Shown here one piece after another: positions 18,043 through 27,644 of a stretch of DNA of 64,000 nt. Source of the DNA: Vulcanimicrobiota bacterium (lineage in GTDB: Bacteria > Vulcanimicrobiota > Vulcanimicrobiia > Vulcanimicrobiales > Vulcanimicrobiaceae); NCBI GenBank assembly GCA_963733295.1, contig CAVTCS010000003.1:2080001-2144000 (forward strand). Direction: 5' to 3'. The position numbers were made by a program, and so were the translations under genes. Position 1 is the stretch's first letter; every line of letters begins with the position of its first letter. The notes under the pieces were generated by a model. It made no database searches, was not told the origin of the DNA, and worked only from the letters and a program-made list of their open reading frames with translations.

Positions 18043-19461
18043 GTGCCCGCCAAATTACAGTGGGGCGGCCGTTTCAGCGGCGCCCCGGATGCCGCGTTGC
18101 TCGCATTTGGTTCTTCACTCGAAGAAGATCTCGTCCTCGCGCCGTTCGACGTCGAAGGTTCGCGCGGGCACGTCAAAGCGCTGCGCGGCGGAGGTTTGAT
18201 CGACGCAGCTCGCGCGAAAGCCCTCGACGACGCGCTGCAAACGATCGCGCGCGAAGTCGAGTCCGGCAGCTTCGCCGCTTATGCCCGCGCGAGCGGTGCG
18301 GAGGACGGCCACGGTGCGATCGACGCGCGCGTGCGCGAGTTAGCGCCGGGTAAGGGCGCGGACCTTCATACCGGACGGAGCCGCAACGACCAAGTCGCGA
18401 CCGCCCTTTCGCTCTACGCGCGCGACCGGGCGGAGCGGGCGTGCGGGCTGTGCGTCGCCATCGCACGCGACGCGCTCGAGCGTGCGCAAGATGCGCTCGA
18501 GCGCGAGATCCTGCTGCCGGCGACGACGCACATGCAGCCCGCCCAGCCGATCTTGCTCGCCTTCTGGCTCGAAGCGGTAGCGGAAAACTTTGTGCGCGCG
18601 GCGCGGCGCGCGATGCGGGTCGCTGCCGACGCACGCGAATCGTCGCCGCTCGGCTCGGGCGCGTGTAGCGGCTCGACGCTTCCGCTCGACCGGAGCGCGA
18701 GCGCGACGTTTTTGGGCTTTGCAGGTCCTTCGCGCAACGCGCTCGACGCGATCGGAGATCGCGATCTTGCGCTCGATTTGTTGCACGCGGTGGCGCGCGC
18801 GACGCTGGCCGCGTCGCGAGTGAGTGGCGAACTCGTCATGTGGGCGACCCCGGCGTTCGGCTTCGTGCGCCTCGGCGATGCCGCTTCGACGGGTTCGAGC
18901 CTCATGCCGCAAAAGCGCAATCCCGACCCGTTCGAGTTCGTGCGCGGGACCGCGGCGCTGATCGACGGCGAGCTGCTCGGCGCGCTCGGCTCGCTCGGCG
19001 GCTTGCCGCTCTCGTATCACAAGGATCTGCAGGCCACGAAAGGCGCGGCGATTCGCGGTACCGAGCGGGGACTGGCTGCGCTCGAAGCGTTTCGGCGCGC
19101 GTTCGGGTACGTCGAATGGAACGCGGCCGTCATGAGCGCGCGAGCCGGTGACGGTTACACCGTCGCGACCGACCTCGCGGACGCGCTCGTCGCACGCGGC
19201 GTCGCGGCGCGCGTCGCACACTCGCTCGTGGGCGAGACCGTCAGCGCTGCGGAACGCGCCGGCCGGCCGCTGATCGAGGCCGATCTCGACGCACTGACGA
19301 GCGCGGCGCAGCTCGATTCCCCGCTTTCGGCTCCGCTGCAAGCGCTCGACTCGGTTCGCGCAAAACGCACCTCCGGCTCGACCCGGCCGAGCGCAGTCGC
19401 GGAAGCGATCGTCCAACTCCGGCAAGTCCTGGAGCAGCAGTTCGGGAAGGTAACGGCATGA
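18043..19461 (+). CDS. argH: Argininosuccinate lyase
   Basis: Motifs WGGRF, LHTGRSRNDQV, THMQPAQP, GSSLMPQKRNPD and YHKDLQ. Confidence 0.95.
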   Translation: MPAKLQWGGRFSGAPDAALLAFGSSLEEDLVLAPFDVEGSRGHVKALRGGGLIDAARAKALDDALQTIAREVESGSFAAYARASGAEDGHGAIDARVRELAPGKGADLHTGRSRNDQVATALSLYARDRAERACGLCVAIARDALERAQDALEREILLPATTHMQPAQPILLAFWLEAVAENFVRAARRAMRVAADARESSPLGSGACSGSTLPLDRSASATFLGFAGPSRNALDAIGDRDLALDLLHAVARATLAASRVSGELVMWATPAFGFVRLGDAASTGSSLMPQKRNPDPFEFVRGTAALIDGELLGALGSLGGLPLSYHKDLQATKGAAIRGTERGLAALEAFRRAFGYVEWNAAVMSARAGDGYTVATDLADALVARGVAARVAHSLVGETVSAAERAGRPLIEADLDALTSAAQLDSPLSAPLQALDSVRAKRTSGSTRPSAVAEAIVQLRQVLEQQFGKVTA

Positions 19462-20438
19462 CGCGCGTGCACGTGCTCGGGGCGGCAGGCTATGCAGCGG
19501 GCGAACTGATCCGGCTCGTCCTGCGCCATCCCGATCTCGAACTAGGAGCGATCGAAAGCGCCTCCCATGCCGGCGAGCCGCTCGCCGTGCATTTTCCGGA
19601 GCTGCGCTCGAGCGCGCGCGCATTCGATGCTCCGGGCTCGGTCGCGGAGCGCGCGAGTGCCGACGACGTCGTCGTGCTGGCCGGCGATGCGGCTATCGCC
19701 CGCAGCGTAGCGCCGGCGTTTTTGGCCAAAGGAATCCGCGTCCTCGATCTTTCGGACGCCTTCCGCCTGCATCAGAACGCGGGCGAAGCCGTCTATGGGT
19801 TGACGGAACGTTATCGCGACGCGCTCCGCTCCGCGCGACTCGTCGCGAATCCAGGCTGTTACCCGACGGCCACCTTGCTCGCGCTCTTGCCGCTCGCACC
19901 GTTCGCTCCCGACATCGAGCAACTCGTCGTGGATGCGAAGAGCGGAATCACCGGCGCCGGGCGCAGACCGGTGACCTCTTCGCTCTTCGCCGAAGTGGAC
20001 GGCGACGTTCGCGCGTACGGGCTCTCGGGACACCGGCATTACTCCGAGATGGTCCAAGAACTCGACGTGGCCGGGATCAACGTGCCGCTGGTCTTCACGC
20101 CGCACGTCGTGCCGCTTCGTCGCGGCATGCTGGCCGACTGCTACGCTTTCTTCTCGCGCGAGCCTGACGATGCGGCGTTGGAAGCCTCGTTCCAGCGGAC
20201 CTACGGTGGAAGTCCCTTCGTGCGAATCTTGCCTGCCGAGCGCGCGCCGAGCTTGCGCGCCGTAGCCGGGACCAACGACGCGGAGATCCATCTCTCACGC
20301 TCGGGCCGCGTCGTGCGCGTGATTTGCGCGATCGACAATCTCGGTAAGGGCGCGGCGGGACAGGCGCTCCAAAACATCAACGTCATGCTCGGCTTCCCTG
20401 AGGAGAGTGCGCTCGATGATCGCAACGTCGTCGTCTGA
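19458..20438 (+). CDS. argC: N-acetyl-gamma-glutamyl-phosphate reductase
   Basis: Motifs GAAGYAAGEL, VANPGCYPT, SGITGAGR and DNLGKGAAGQA. Confidence 0.95.
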   Translation: MTRVHVLGAAGYAAGELIRLVLRHPDLELGAIESASHAGEPLAVHFPELRSSARAFDAPGSVAERASADDVVVLAGDAAIARSVAPAFLAKGIRVLDLSDAFRLHQNAGEAVYGLTERYRDALRSARLVANPGCYPTATLLALLPLAPFAPDIEQLVVDAKSGITGAGRRPVTSSLFAEVDGDVRAYGLSGHRHYSEMVQELDVAGINVPLVFTPHVVPLRRGMLADCYAFFSREPDDAALEASFQRTYGGSPFVRILPAERAPSLRAVAGTNDAEIHLSRSGRVVRVICAIDNLGKGAAGQALQNINVMLGFPEESALDDRNVVV

Positions 20439-21654
20439 CGGCCGAGCCGGCGAAACCGCCACCAAGTTGATCGAGCTGCGCGGCGGCCTCGGCGCGCTGC
20501 CCGGCGTGCGCCTCTCGGGCGTCGCGGCAGGCATCAAGAAGCGGAAGTCCGATCTCGCGCTCGTGTTCTTCGATCAGCCCTACGGCTGCGCGTCGGTGAT
20601 CACGACCAACGAGATCAAAGCCGCGCCGCTGCTCGTCTCCGAAGAACACATCGTCAAGAGCGGCGAGGCGATCCGCGCGATCGTTTGCAACTCGGGCTGC
20701 GCCAACGCGTGCACCGGCGAGAGGGGCGAGCGCGACGCGCGGGCGACCGCGCGCCAAGCTGCCGCGTTGCTGGGCATCGAACAAACGCAGGTCATCGTCG
20801 CCTCGACGGGTGTGATCGGCGTCTACCTCCCGATGGATCGCGTCGCCAAAGGGCTCGAGCGCGCGGCGAAGGATCTCGAGGAAGGAATGGAAGCGTCGTT
20901 CGATGCGGCCGAAGCGATCATGACGACCGACAACGAGCCGAAACTCTCGGCGTACTCGTTCTACCACGACAAGCAGCGTTACGTCGTCGGCGGGATGGCC
21001 AAAGGCTCGGGCATGATCGCACCCAACATGGCGACCATGCTCGCCTTCATCGCGACGAACGCACCGATGTCGCGCGCGACGCTGCACGCCGAATTGGTTG
21101 CCGCAAATGAGGACAGCTTCAACATGATCTCGGTCGACGGTTGCCAGTCGACCAATGACGCCGTCTACGCGCTCGCACCCTCCGGCCCGGAAGCGGCGCC
21201 GCCCGGTTTCAGCGAAGCGCTGCGCGCGGTAACGCACGATCTGGCGGTCGCGATGGTGCGCGACGGCGAAGGCGCCACCAAAACCTTGACGGTCGAGGTT
21301 ACCTCGGCGCGAACCGACCTGCAAGCACGCGCGGTGGCGCGAGCGGTCGTCAACTCGAACCTCGTGCGCACCGCACTCTACGGTGAGGATCCGAATTGGG
21401 GCCGCATCATCGCGGCTGCCGGCAGCGTGAATGCGGGCATCGACCCGGATACCTGGAGCTTGTATCTCAACGGAAAACTGTGGGTCGACCGCGGCGCAAT
21501 TGAGATTCTTTCGGAGGCCGAGGCGCACGGCGAGATGGAAGTCGCTGCAGTTCGCGTGCAGCTCGATCTAGGCCTCGGCAAAACCTCGGCGACGGCGTGG
21601 GGTTCCGATCTCTCGCGCGATTACGTACGCATCAACGCGCACTATCGGACGTAG
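20416..21654 (+). CDS. argJ: Glutamate N-acetyltransferase (ornithine acetyltransferase)
   Basis: Motifs NSGCANACTG, STGVIG, KGSGMIAPNMATML, STND, DGEGATK, DPNWGR and YVRINAHYRT. Confidence 0.96.
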   Translation: MIATSSSDGRAGETATKLIELRGGLGALPGVRLSGVAAGIKKRKSDLALVFFDQPYGCASVITTNEIKAAPLLVSEEHIVKSGEAIRAIVCNSGCANACTGERGERDARATARQAAALLGIEQTQVIVASTGVIGVYLPMDRVAKGLERAAKDLEEGMEASFDAAEAIMTTDNEPKLSAYSFYHDKQRYVVGGMAKGSGMIAPNMATMLAFIATNAPMSRATLHAELVAANEDSFNMISVDGCQSTNDAVYALAPSGPEAAPPGFSEALRAVTHDLAVAMVRDGEGATKTLTVEVTSARTDLQARAVARAVVNSNLVRTALYGEDPNWGRIIAAAGSVNAGIDPDTWSLYLNGKLWVDRGAIEILSEAEAHGEMEVAAVRVQLDLGLGKTSATAWGSDLSRDYVRINAHYRT

Positions 21655-21664
21655 AAAGGCAACG

Positions 21665-22868
21665 ATGAGCACCCCAGTAGTCGAAACTCACGATTCGCAT
21701 CTCCTCGGCAACTACGCGCCGGCGCCGGTCACGTTCGTGCGCGGCGAGGGTTGCGAGCTGATCGACGACCGCGGCACGCGATACCTCGACCTCGTCGCGG
21801 GCATCGCAGTCTGCGCGCTCGGACACGCCCGGCCCGAGATCACCGCCGCGATCGCCGCGCAAGCCGCGACGCTCGTCCATTGCAGCAACCTCTATCGTCA
21901 CGAACCCGCCGGAACGCTTGCCGCAGAATTGTCGCGGCGTTCCGGTTTCGATCGAGTGTTTTTCTGCAATTCGGGCGCCGAGGCAAACGAGGCGGCGATC
22001 AAGCTGGCGCGCAAGTTCGCCCATCGTCGCGGCGAGGAAAAGCGCCGCACCATCTTGGCCTGCGAGGGGTCGTTCCACGGACGCACGATGGGTGCGCTGG
22101 CGGCCACCTCGACGAAGAAATACAAAGAGGGCTTCGAGCCGCTGCCCGCCGGTTTCGCATTCACGCCCTTCAACGACGTCGCGGCGCTCGAGAAAGCGCT
22201 CGACGAAAGCGTCGCCGGGTTTATCGTCGAGCCGGTGCAGGGCGAAAGCGGCGTCAGACCGGCCGAACCCGAGTTTCTTGCCGCGGCGCGCCGGCTCTGC
22301 GACGAGCACGGCACGGTCCTTATCTTCGATGAGATTCAATGCGGCTTGGGACGGCTCGGCACGCTCTTCGCGTTCGAGCAGTTCGGGGTTCGTCCCGACG
22401 TCATCACGCTGGCGAAGGCTTTGGCCAACGGTTTACCGATCGGCGCGATGCTAGTGGACGAGCGCTTCGCCGGCGCGTTGCAGCCAGGCGATCACGGCAC
22501 GACGTTCGGCGGTTCGCCGGTTCCGTGCGCCGCCGCGCTCGCGCACCTCGAGCTGCGCGATCGCCTCGACCTCGACGCGAACGTTCGCGCCGTGGGAGCG
22601 ATGTTGTTCGACGGCTTGCGCAGCATTGCGACGGACTATCCGCAGTTCTTCGGCGCGCCGCGCGGGCGCGGCATGATGCTGGGTCTACCGGTCCGCGATC
22701 CTCACGAAGCGGCGACCTTCGTCACGGCTGCGCGCGACGGCCAACATTTGCTCGATCAACGCTGCCGGCGAGAACACGATTCGGGTTGTTCCGCCGCTCG
22801 TCCTCAGCCAGGATCAGGCCCGCGACGGCCTCGCGCGTTTGCGAAAAGCCACCGAAAGCGTCGCCTGA
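21665..22868 (+). CDS. argD: Acetylornithine aminotransferase (one frameshift at ~22754)
   Basis: Motifs FCNSGAEANEAA, SFHGRT, EPVQGE, DEIQCG, LAKAL and HGTTFGG. Removing one base restores INAAGENTIRVVPPL...ESVA* (TGA 22866-22868). Confidence 0.93.
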
Positions 22869-22870
22869 GT

Positions 22871-23344
22871 CTAGTTCTGCCCTGTGATGCTCTGCGTCGC
22901 GAAGCTGCCGATGTTCGTCTCCAGCGTCTTACCGGTCTTTACGCCACACTGGTCTTCGTACTGAGTCGCAAATACCTGATAGGTCGTCGTTGCACTTAGT
23001 CGCGGCAGGGCAACTGCAGCCGTGGTCGAGTTCGGGTACGTGGCCGTCGCCGTCGGACTGGGCGCCGGATTCGGGACGGAAACCGACCTCGTCGCGATGG
23101 GAGCCGTCGCGCCGATTCGTAGCGTGATCGGAACCGTTGTGGTCGTCGAGCCGTTGTTCGGCGCCGTATCGTACAAGAGCGTCGTCAGGCCGACCGGCAG
23201 ATTCGTCGTGCCGGGAATCGGATAGATCAGCTGAACGTTGGGATAGTTGTAGACGACATTGCAGGTTGCCGCACCCTGCGGCTGCGTTCCGGAACACGCC
23301 GAGAGTACGAAACCCAGTGCCACCGGCAGAACCGCTAAGCGCAC
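22871..23344 (-). CDS. Uncharacterised lipoprotein (paralog of 58481..58972)
   Basis: Lipobox LSAC. Shares YP.V.L.YPIPG, AVALP.LS..TTYQVFATQ and IGSF.TQ with the 58 kb gene. Confidence 0.8.
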   Translation of the reverse strand: MRLAVLPVALGFVLSACSGTQPQGAATCNVVYNYPNVQLIYPIPGTTNLPVGLTTLLYDTAPNNGSTTTTVPITLRIGATAPIATRSVSVPNPAPSPTATATYPNSTTAAVALPRLSATTTYQVFATQYEDQCGVKTGKTLETNIGSFATQSITGQN

Positions 23345-23421
23345 GGTATCAGCTTTCGCTCCGGGCTCACTTTTTCCACTTCCGGTCGTCCGAGATTGGT
23401 CGTTCGGTCACTGCTGCGGGC

Positions 23422-23455
23422 AAAAAAAGCGCCCCGGCGACGTTGCCGGAGCGCT
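23422..23455 (-). terminator. Rho-independent terminator of the YXWGXW gene
   Basis: Hairpin agcgccccggc-gacgtt-gccggagcgct next to A7 on + (U7 on -), 20 bp after the stop at 23476. Confidence 0.8.
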
Positions 23456-23475
23456 CCCTACCCTTTTGGCCGTAG

Positions 23476-24837
23476 CTAGTGGGGTTGCTGGTCGTGCTGT
23501 GGCTGCTGCGCGTGCTGTGGCTGCGCCGCGTGCTGTGGTTGCGCTGCGTGCTGCGGTTGCGCCGCGTGCTGCGGTTGCGCCGCGTGCTGCGGTTGCGCCG
23601 CGTGCTGTGGCTGCGCTGCGTGCTGCGGTGGCGCGTACGCGTGCTGGGCAGGCTGCGCTGCGTGCTGCGGTTGTGCGTACGAGTGCTGGGCCGGTTGCGA
23701 GGCGTGCTGCGGCTGAGCGGCGTGCTGCGGTTGCGACGCGTGCTGTGGTTGCGACGCGTGCTGCGGTTGCGACGCGTGCTGCGGCTGCGAGTACGCGTGC
23801 TGTGGTTGCGCGGCGTGCTGGGGTTGCGAGGCGTGCTGCGGCTGCGAGGCGTGTTGCGGCTGCGAGTACGCGTGCTGGGCCGGTTGCGAGGCGTGCTGCG
23901 GCTGCGACGCGTGTTGCGGCTGCGCTGCGTGTTGCGGCTGCGAGTACGCGTGCTGGGCCGGTTTCGACGCGGTATGCGGCTGCGAATACGCGTGCTGAGG
24001 CGCCGCGGCGCCGTGCGTGTTCGTGTGGCTTACGACATGGGCTTGCGCGGCGTGTTGCTCTTGCGCCGTCACCGGGGCGTAATGTGCCGGCCGGCTGTTC
24101 GCCGTAAACGGTCGCGCAACGGCTACGGTTTGCGGGCGCCCCCGGTTCACGGAAGAATACATGTTCCGATTCCCGGCGGCGGTCTCAATGTGCGCGCGTT
24201 GCTGACTCGTGAAACCGGTGTGACTCTCTCGCGCGAAGGCGACCTGGCTCTGCGTCGGACGCGCGGCGGTTCCATGGGGGCCGCCGTTCCAGCTGACGCG
24301 GTTCCCATCGCGCCAAGTGTTGTTGTTCACGGACGTGTTGCTCACGTAGACGTTTCGGACGTACGTACGATTGACGTTCGTGATATACGTGTTGTAGACG
24401 AACGTGTTTCCGTGCCAGCGGCCGCCATTGTAGCCGTTACCAAAGTAGCCGTAGCCGTAGTTGACGCCGCCGTAGAAGCCGACTTGCGGTCCCCAATATC
24501 CAGCGGTGAAGATATAGTTGCCGCCGTTAAAAGCCCAATAGCCCGGCGTCCAATAATAGCCGGGATCGGCCGCGACGACCCAAGTTCCGGGAACCCAGTA
24601 GTAACCAGCCGGGCCCCAGGCCCAATACCCGGGCATCCAAACGTAGTTCGGCTGCGGGCAAGGCGGTTGCACGTAATATGGAATCGGAGGTGGCCCGAAG
24701 TTTACGGCAACGCCGACGTCCCCGAGGTTGAAAGCGACGCCGGCGCTGACGACGACCTGTGCCGAGGCCGCCACCGGTGCTGCGAAAAGGGCCGCCGCGA
24801 CCGCGAGGGCCGAGAAGGTTCGAAAAGTGCGTAGCAT
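23476..24837 (-). CDS. Secreted YXWGXW-repeat protein with a Gln/Pro/His-rich repeat tail
   Basis: Signal peptide (..AASAQ). Repeats YVWMPGYW, YYWVPGTW, YYWTPGYW and FYGGVNYGYGY. Tail of QPQHA(A/S) units. Confidence 0.9.
   Translation of the reverse strand: MLRTFRTFSALAVAAALFAAPVAASAQVVVSAGVAFNLGDVGVAVNFGPPPIPYYVQPPCPQPNYVWMPGYWAWGPAGYYWVPGTWVVAADPGYYWTPGYWAFNGGNYIFTAGYWGPQVGFYGGVNYGYGYFGNGYNGGRWHGNTFVYNTYITNVNRTYVRNVYVSNTSVNNNTWRDGNRVSWNGGPHGTAARPTQSQVAFARESHTGFTSQQRAHIETAAGNRNMYSSVNRGRPQTVAVARPFTANSRPAHYAPVTAQEQHAAQAHVVSHTNTHGAAAPQHAYSQPHTASKPAQHAYSQPQHAAQPQHASQPQHASQPAQHAYSQPQHASQPQHASQPQHAAQPQHAYSQPQHASQPQHASQPQHASQPQHAAQPQHASQPAQHSYAQPQHAAQPAQHAYAPPQHAAQPQHAAQPQHAAQPQHAAQPQHAAQPQHAAQPQHAQQPQHDQQPH
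23488..24000. repeat. Coding tandem repeat with an 18-bp unit (QPQHAA/QPQHAS) and 21/24-bp variants
   Basis: gcgtgctgcggttgcg.. is reiterated more than 20 times. Confidence 0.92.
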
Positions 24838-24937
24838 GCCCACATTGTGCCCATTCCGAGGGTCACAAACCACCGGAGGTCGATCACACTAGGTTTTAGC
24901 AAGGGGTTACTTGCATGTTACCTGAGGGCGAAGGGGC

Positions 24938-26278
24938 CTAGCCGGTCCGTTCCCTCAGGTAAGCCTCAAGGCCATCCTGCGAGACCCGATCCTGGCGCAT
25001 CGAATCGCGGTCGCGAACTGTGACCGTGCCGTCGTCGAGGGTCTGATAGTCGATCATGATGCAGTAGGGCGTCCCGATCTCGTCCTGGCGGCGGTAGAGT
25101 TGCCCGACGTTCCCTTCGTCGTACTGCGAGCGGAAGTGCGGCCGTAGGCCGTGCTCGATCGCTTGAGCGCGCTCGACCAGCTCGGGTTTGTTCCGCGCCA
25201 GTGGAAAGACGCCGACTTGCACCGGTGCGATCTTCGGGTGGAAGCGCAACACGGTGCGCTTGGACTCCTTGCCGCCGTCGTCGACGATCGACTCGACATC
25301 GTACGCATCGATCAACATGGTGAGCGTCGTGCGATCCATGCCGGCCGAGCTTTCGATGAGGATCGGCGTATATTTCGTCTTCGTCGCCTCATCGAAGTAG
25401 GTCAAGTCTTTGCCCGAGAGCTGCATGTGCGCGTCGAGGTCGTAGGTGCCCCTGTGCGCGATCGACTCGAGTTCGCCCCAGCCCCACGGAAACAGGTACT
25501 CGACGTCGGTCCCGGCTTTTGCGTAGTGCGGACGTTCGGCGTCCGTCAACTCGTAGAAGCGCAACCGCTCGGGCTTCACGCCGTACTCGCTGTACCAGCG
25601 TTTGCGCGCTGCAACCCACTCCTCGTAACACGCCAGATCCTTGCCGTCGTCGGGAACGAAATATTCCAATTCCGCCTGTTCGAACTCGCGTAAGCGAAAC
25701 GTGAAGTTGCCGGGCGTGATCTCGTTGCGGAACGACTTGCCGATCTGCGCGACGCCGAAAGGTGGCCGCTTGCGCGCGCTTTGATAGATGTTCTTGAAGT
25801 TTACGAAGATGCCCTGAGCGGTTTCGGGACGCAGATAGGCGAGCGAGGCCGAATCTTCCATCGGGCCGATCTGGGTGCGCAGCATCAAGTTGAAGTTGCG
25901 CGGTTCGGTCAACGTACCGGTCATCCCGCAGTCCGGGCACTTCCCCCCGGCCGGCAGATGGTCGGCCCGAAAACGGTGCTTGCAGTTGCGGCAATCGACG
26001 TAGCGGTCGTGGAACTGCGCCACGTGACCCGACGCGACCCACGTGTTGGGATGCATGATGATCGACGAATCGAAAGCCACCACGTCGTCGCGCAACTCGA
26101 CGATCTCGCGCCACCAAGCGTCCTTGACATTGCGTTTGAGCACCGCGCCGAGTGGCCCGTAGTCGAAGAATCCGCCGATGCCGCCGTAGATTTCGCTGGA
26201 TTGGAAGATGAAGCCGCGCCGTTTTGCCAGCGCGGTAATCTCCTCCATCGTTACGTGTGTGGAGCGTTCAGTCGTCAC
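24938..26278 (-). CDS. glyQS: Glycine--tRNA ligase, alpha2 (eukaryote/archaea-like) type
   Basis: Motifs KRRGFIFQSSEIYGG, YLRPETAQG, GKSFRNEITP, REFEQAELE and YRRQDEIGTP. Start is GTG 26278 or ATG 26248. Confidence 0.96.
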   Translation of the reverse strand: MTTERSTHVTMEEITALAKRRGFIFQSSEIYGGIGGFFDYGPLGAVLKRNVKDAWWREIVELRDDVVAFDSSIIMHPNTWVASGHVAQFHDRYVDCRNCKHRFRADHLPAGGKCPDCGMTGTLTEPRNFNLMLRTQIGPMEDSASLAYLRPETAQGIFVNFKNIYQSARKRPPFGVAQIGKSFRNEITPGNFTFRLREFEQAELEYFVPDDGKDLACYEEWVAARKRWYSEYGVKPERLRFYELTDAERPHYAKAGTDVEYLFPWGWGELESIAHRGTYDLDAHMQLSGKDLTYFDEATKTKYTPILIESSAGMDRTTLTMLIDAYDVESIVDDGGKESKRTVLRFHPKIAPVQVGVFPLARNKPELVERAQAIEHGLRPHFRSQYDEGNVGQLYRRQDEIGTPYCIMIDYQTLDDGTVTVRDRDSMRQDRVSQDGLEAYLRERTG

Positions 26279-26288
26279 CCGCCCGATG

Positions 26289-27524
26289 TTAGGGTTCGGC
26301 GAGCGTGCCTCCCCCCGGACGGCCGTCGTAAGTCCGTCCGCGCCATTCGACGCCACGCCCGCTCAAAACGCACCACGTCGAATTTAGCGTGACCGCGGCG
26401 AAGAAAGCGGTCCCAATGGGTTGGTACCATCCGAGCGGGCGCGGCAGCTTGATTTTCCCGAAAGCCCAAGACGCGCTCGCTACCGTCGCGAGCGTACACG
26501 CCGATGCTTCGAGCGCCTCAGCGTAGCGACGCGCGCGCAGCGCGCGGAACGCCAAGAGCGGGGGCCCCGCGGAGATCGCGAGCGTGAAGAGCGTGCCCGC
26601 TGCGATCGCGCGCAGGTCTCCACGGGCGCCGACGAAGACGTTTTTGGTGAATCCACGCCAGATTTCGTCGAGCGAGCGGTACATGCGGACCGCGGCGAGA
26701 CTCTCGCCGGAAGCCAGCATCAAGCGGAAACGTCCATCGGCCTTGAGGCGCCGCGCGAACTCGACGTCTTCGGCAATCTCGCCTCGCAGCGCGCGATGAC
26801 CCCCGAGCGCGTCGTACGCCGCGCGCGAGACGAGCAGGTATTGTCCGTTGAGGAGCGCTCGGTTCGGTTTGCGCGGATCGTTGATTTCCGCGAACGATCC
26901 GCAAACGAACATCACAAGTCCGAGAATCGACGGTAGGAGCGCGCGCTCCCAAAAGCTATCCAACTCCTGGAACGTCAGGATCGACAGCGCGTCCACGTTG
27001 AGCGTCGTTGCGAGAGCTAGGGCCGACATCGCGCTCCGAGGCGCGTGGACGGAGTCGGCATCCGTGAAAAGCAGCCAACTTCCGCGCGCGACCTCGGCTC
27101 CCTGATGCAGCGCCCAGGGTTTCCCGATCCAGCCTCGTGGCAGCGAATTTCCGCGTACGACGACGAGTCGCGCATCCTCGCGCTGTAGTCTTGCGAGGAT
27201 CTCCGGTGTCGAGTCCCGCGACTCGTCGTCGACCGCGATGACCTCGAAATCGAGCTCGCGCTGCTCGAGCAACGAACGCACGCAGCGTTCGATCGAGCGT
27301 GCCTCGTCGCGAACCGGAACGACGATCGAAAGGCGCGGCAACGGACACGGAGCGACCGGCAGGAGCGGCACTTCGTACCACGATTCGGCAAACCTCGCGT
27401 TGCGCGCAACGTACGCGAGAGCCGCGCCGGAACAGAGATGCGTGAGAACGGCCCCGAGTCGAACGGCCGGCTCAGCTCTGGCTAGTCTTTGACAAATTCT
27501 GTTCCACCGTAGTCGGCTCTCCAC
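26289..27524 (-). CDS. Membrane-associated GT2 glycosyltransferase (HpnB/CrtQ-like; acceptor unknown)
   Basis: Motifs VDDESRD, GWIGKPWA, LLFTDAD, NGQYLL, EDVEFAR, RMYRS and VEWRGRTY. Confidence 0.85.
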   Translation of the reverse strand: MESRLRWNRICQRLARAEPAVRLGAVLTHLCSGAALAYVARNARFAESWYEVPLLPVAPCPLPRLSIVVPVRDEARSIERCVRSLLEQRELDFEVIAVDDESRDSTPEILARLQREDARLVVVRGNSLPRGWIGKPWALHQGAEVARGSWLLFTDADSVHAPRSAMSALALATTLNVDALSILTFQELDSFWERALLPSILGLVMFVCGSFAEINDPRKPNRALLNGQYLLVSRAAYDALGGHRALRGEIAEDVEFARRLKADGRFRLMLASGESLAAVRMYRSLDEIWRGFTKNVFVGARGDLRAIAAGTLFTLAISAGPPLLAFRALRARRYAEALEASACTLATVASASWAFGKIKLPRPLGWYQPIGTAFFAAVTLNSTWCVLSGRGVEWRGRTYDGRPGGGTLAEP

Positions 27525-27644
27525 TGGCCTCTGGTTCTCCCTACGGATTCGTTCCGTATGCGCACGCCGATCTAAACGCGTGTCTAATGAACGAGCCTAC
27601 GCGACGCTTGCCGCTCGCCGGCAATGCGTGATGAGGTCTTTGCT

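Noticed and set aside
22740..22770. Programmed frameshift in argD
   Set aside because: There is no slippery site or known precedent. A single-base indel like others in this assembly is the simpler explanation.
23488..24000. Possible CRISPR array
   Set aside because: The units are contiguous multiples of 3 with no unique spacers, and no cas genes are present.
23479..24834. 451-aa antisense ORF of VLRLRR repeats (and 23259..24107)
   Set aside because: These are shadows of the 18-bp repeat and codon bias. The minus-strand gene has the signal peptide, family motifs and terminator.
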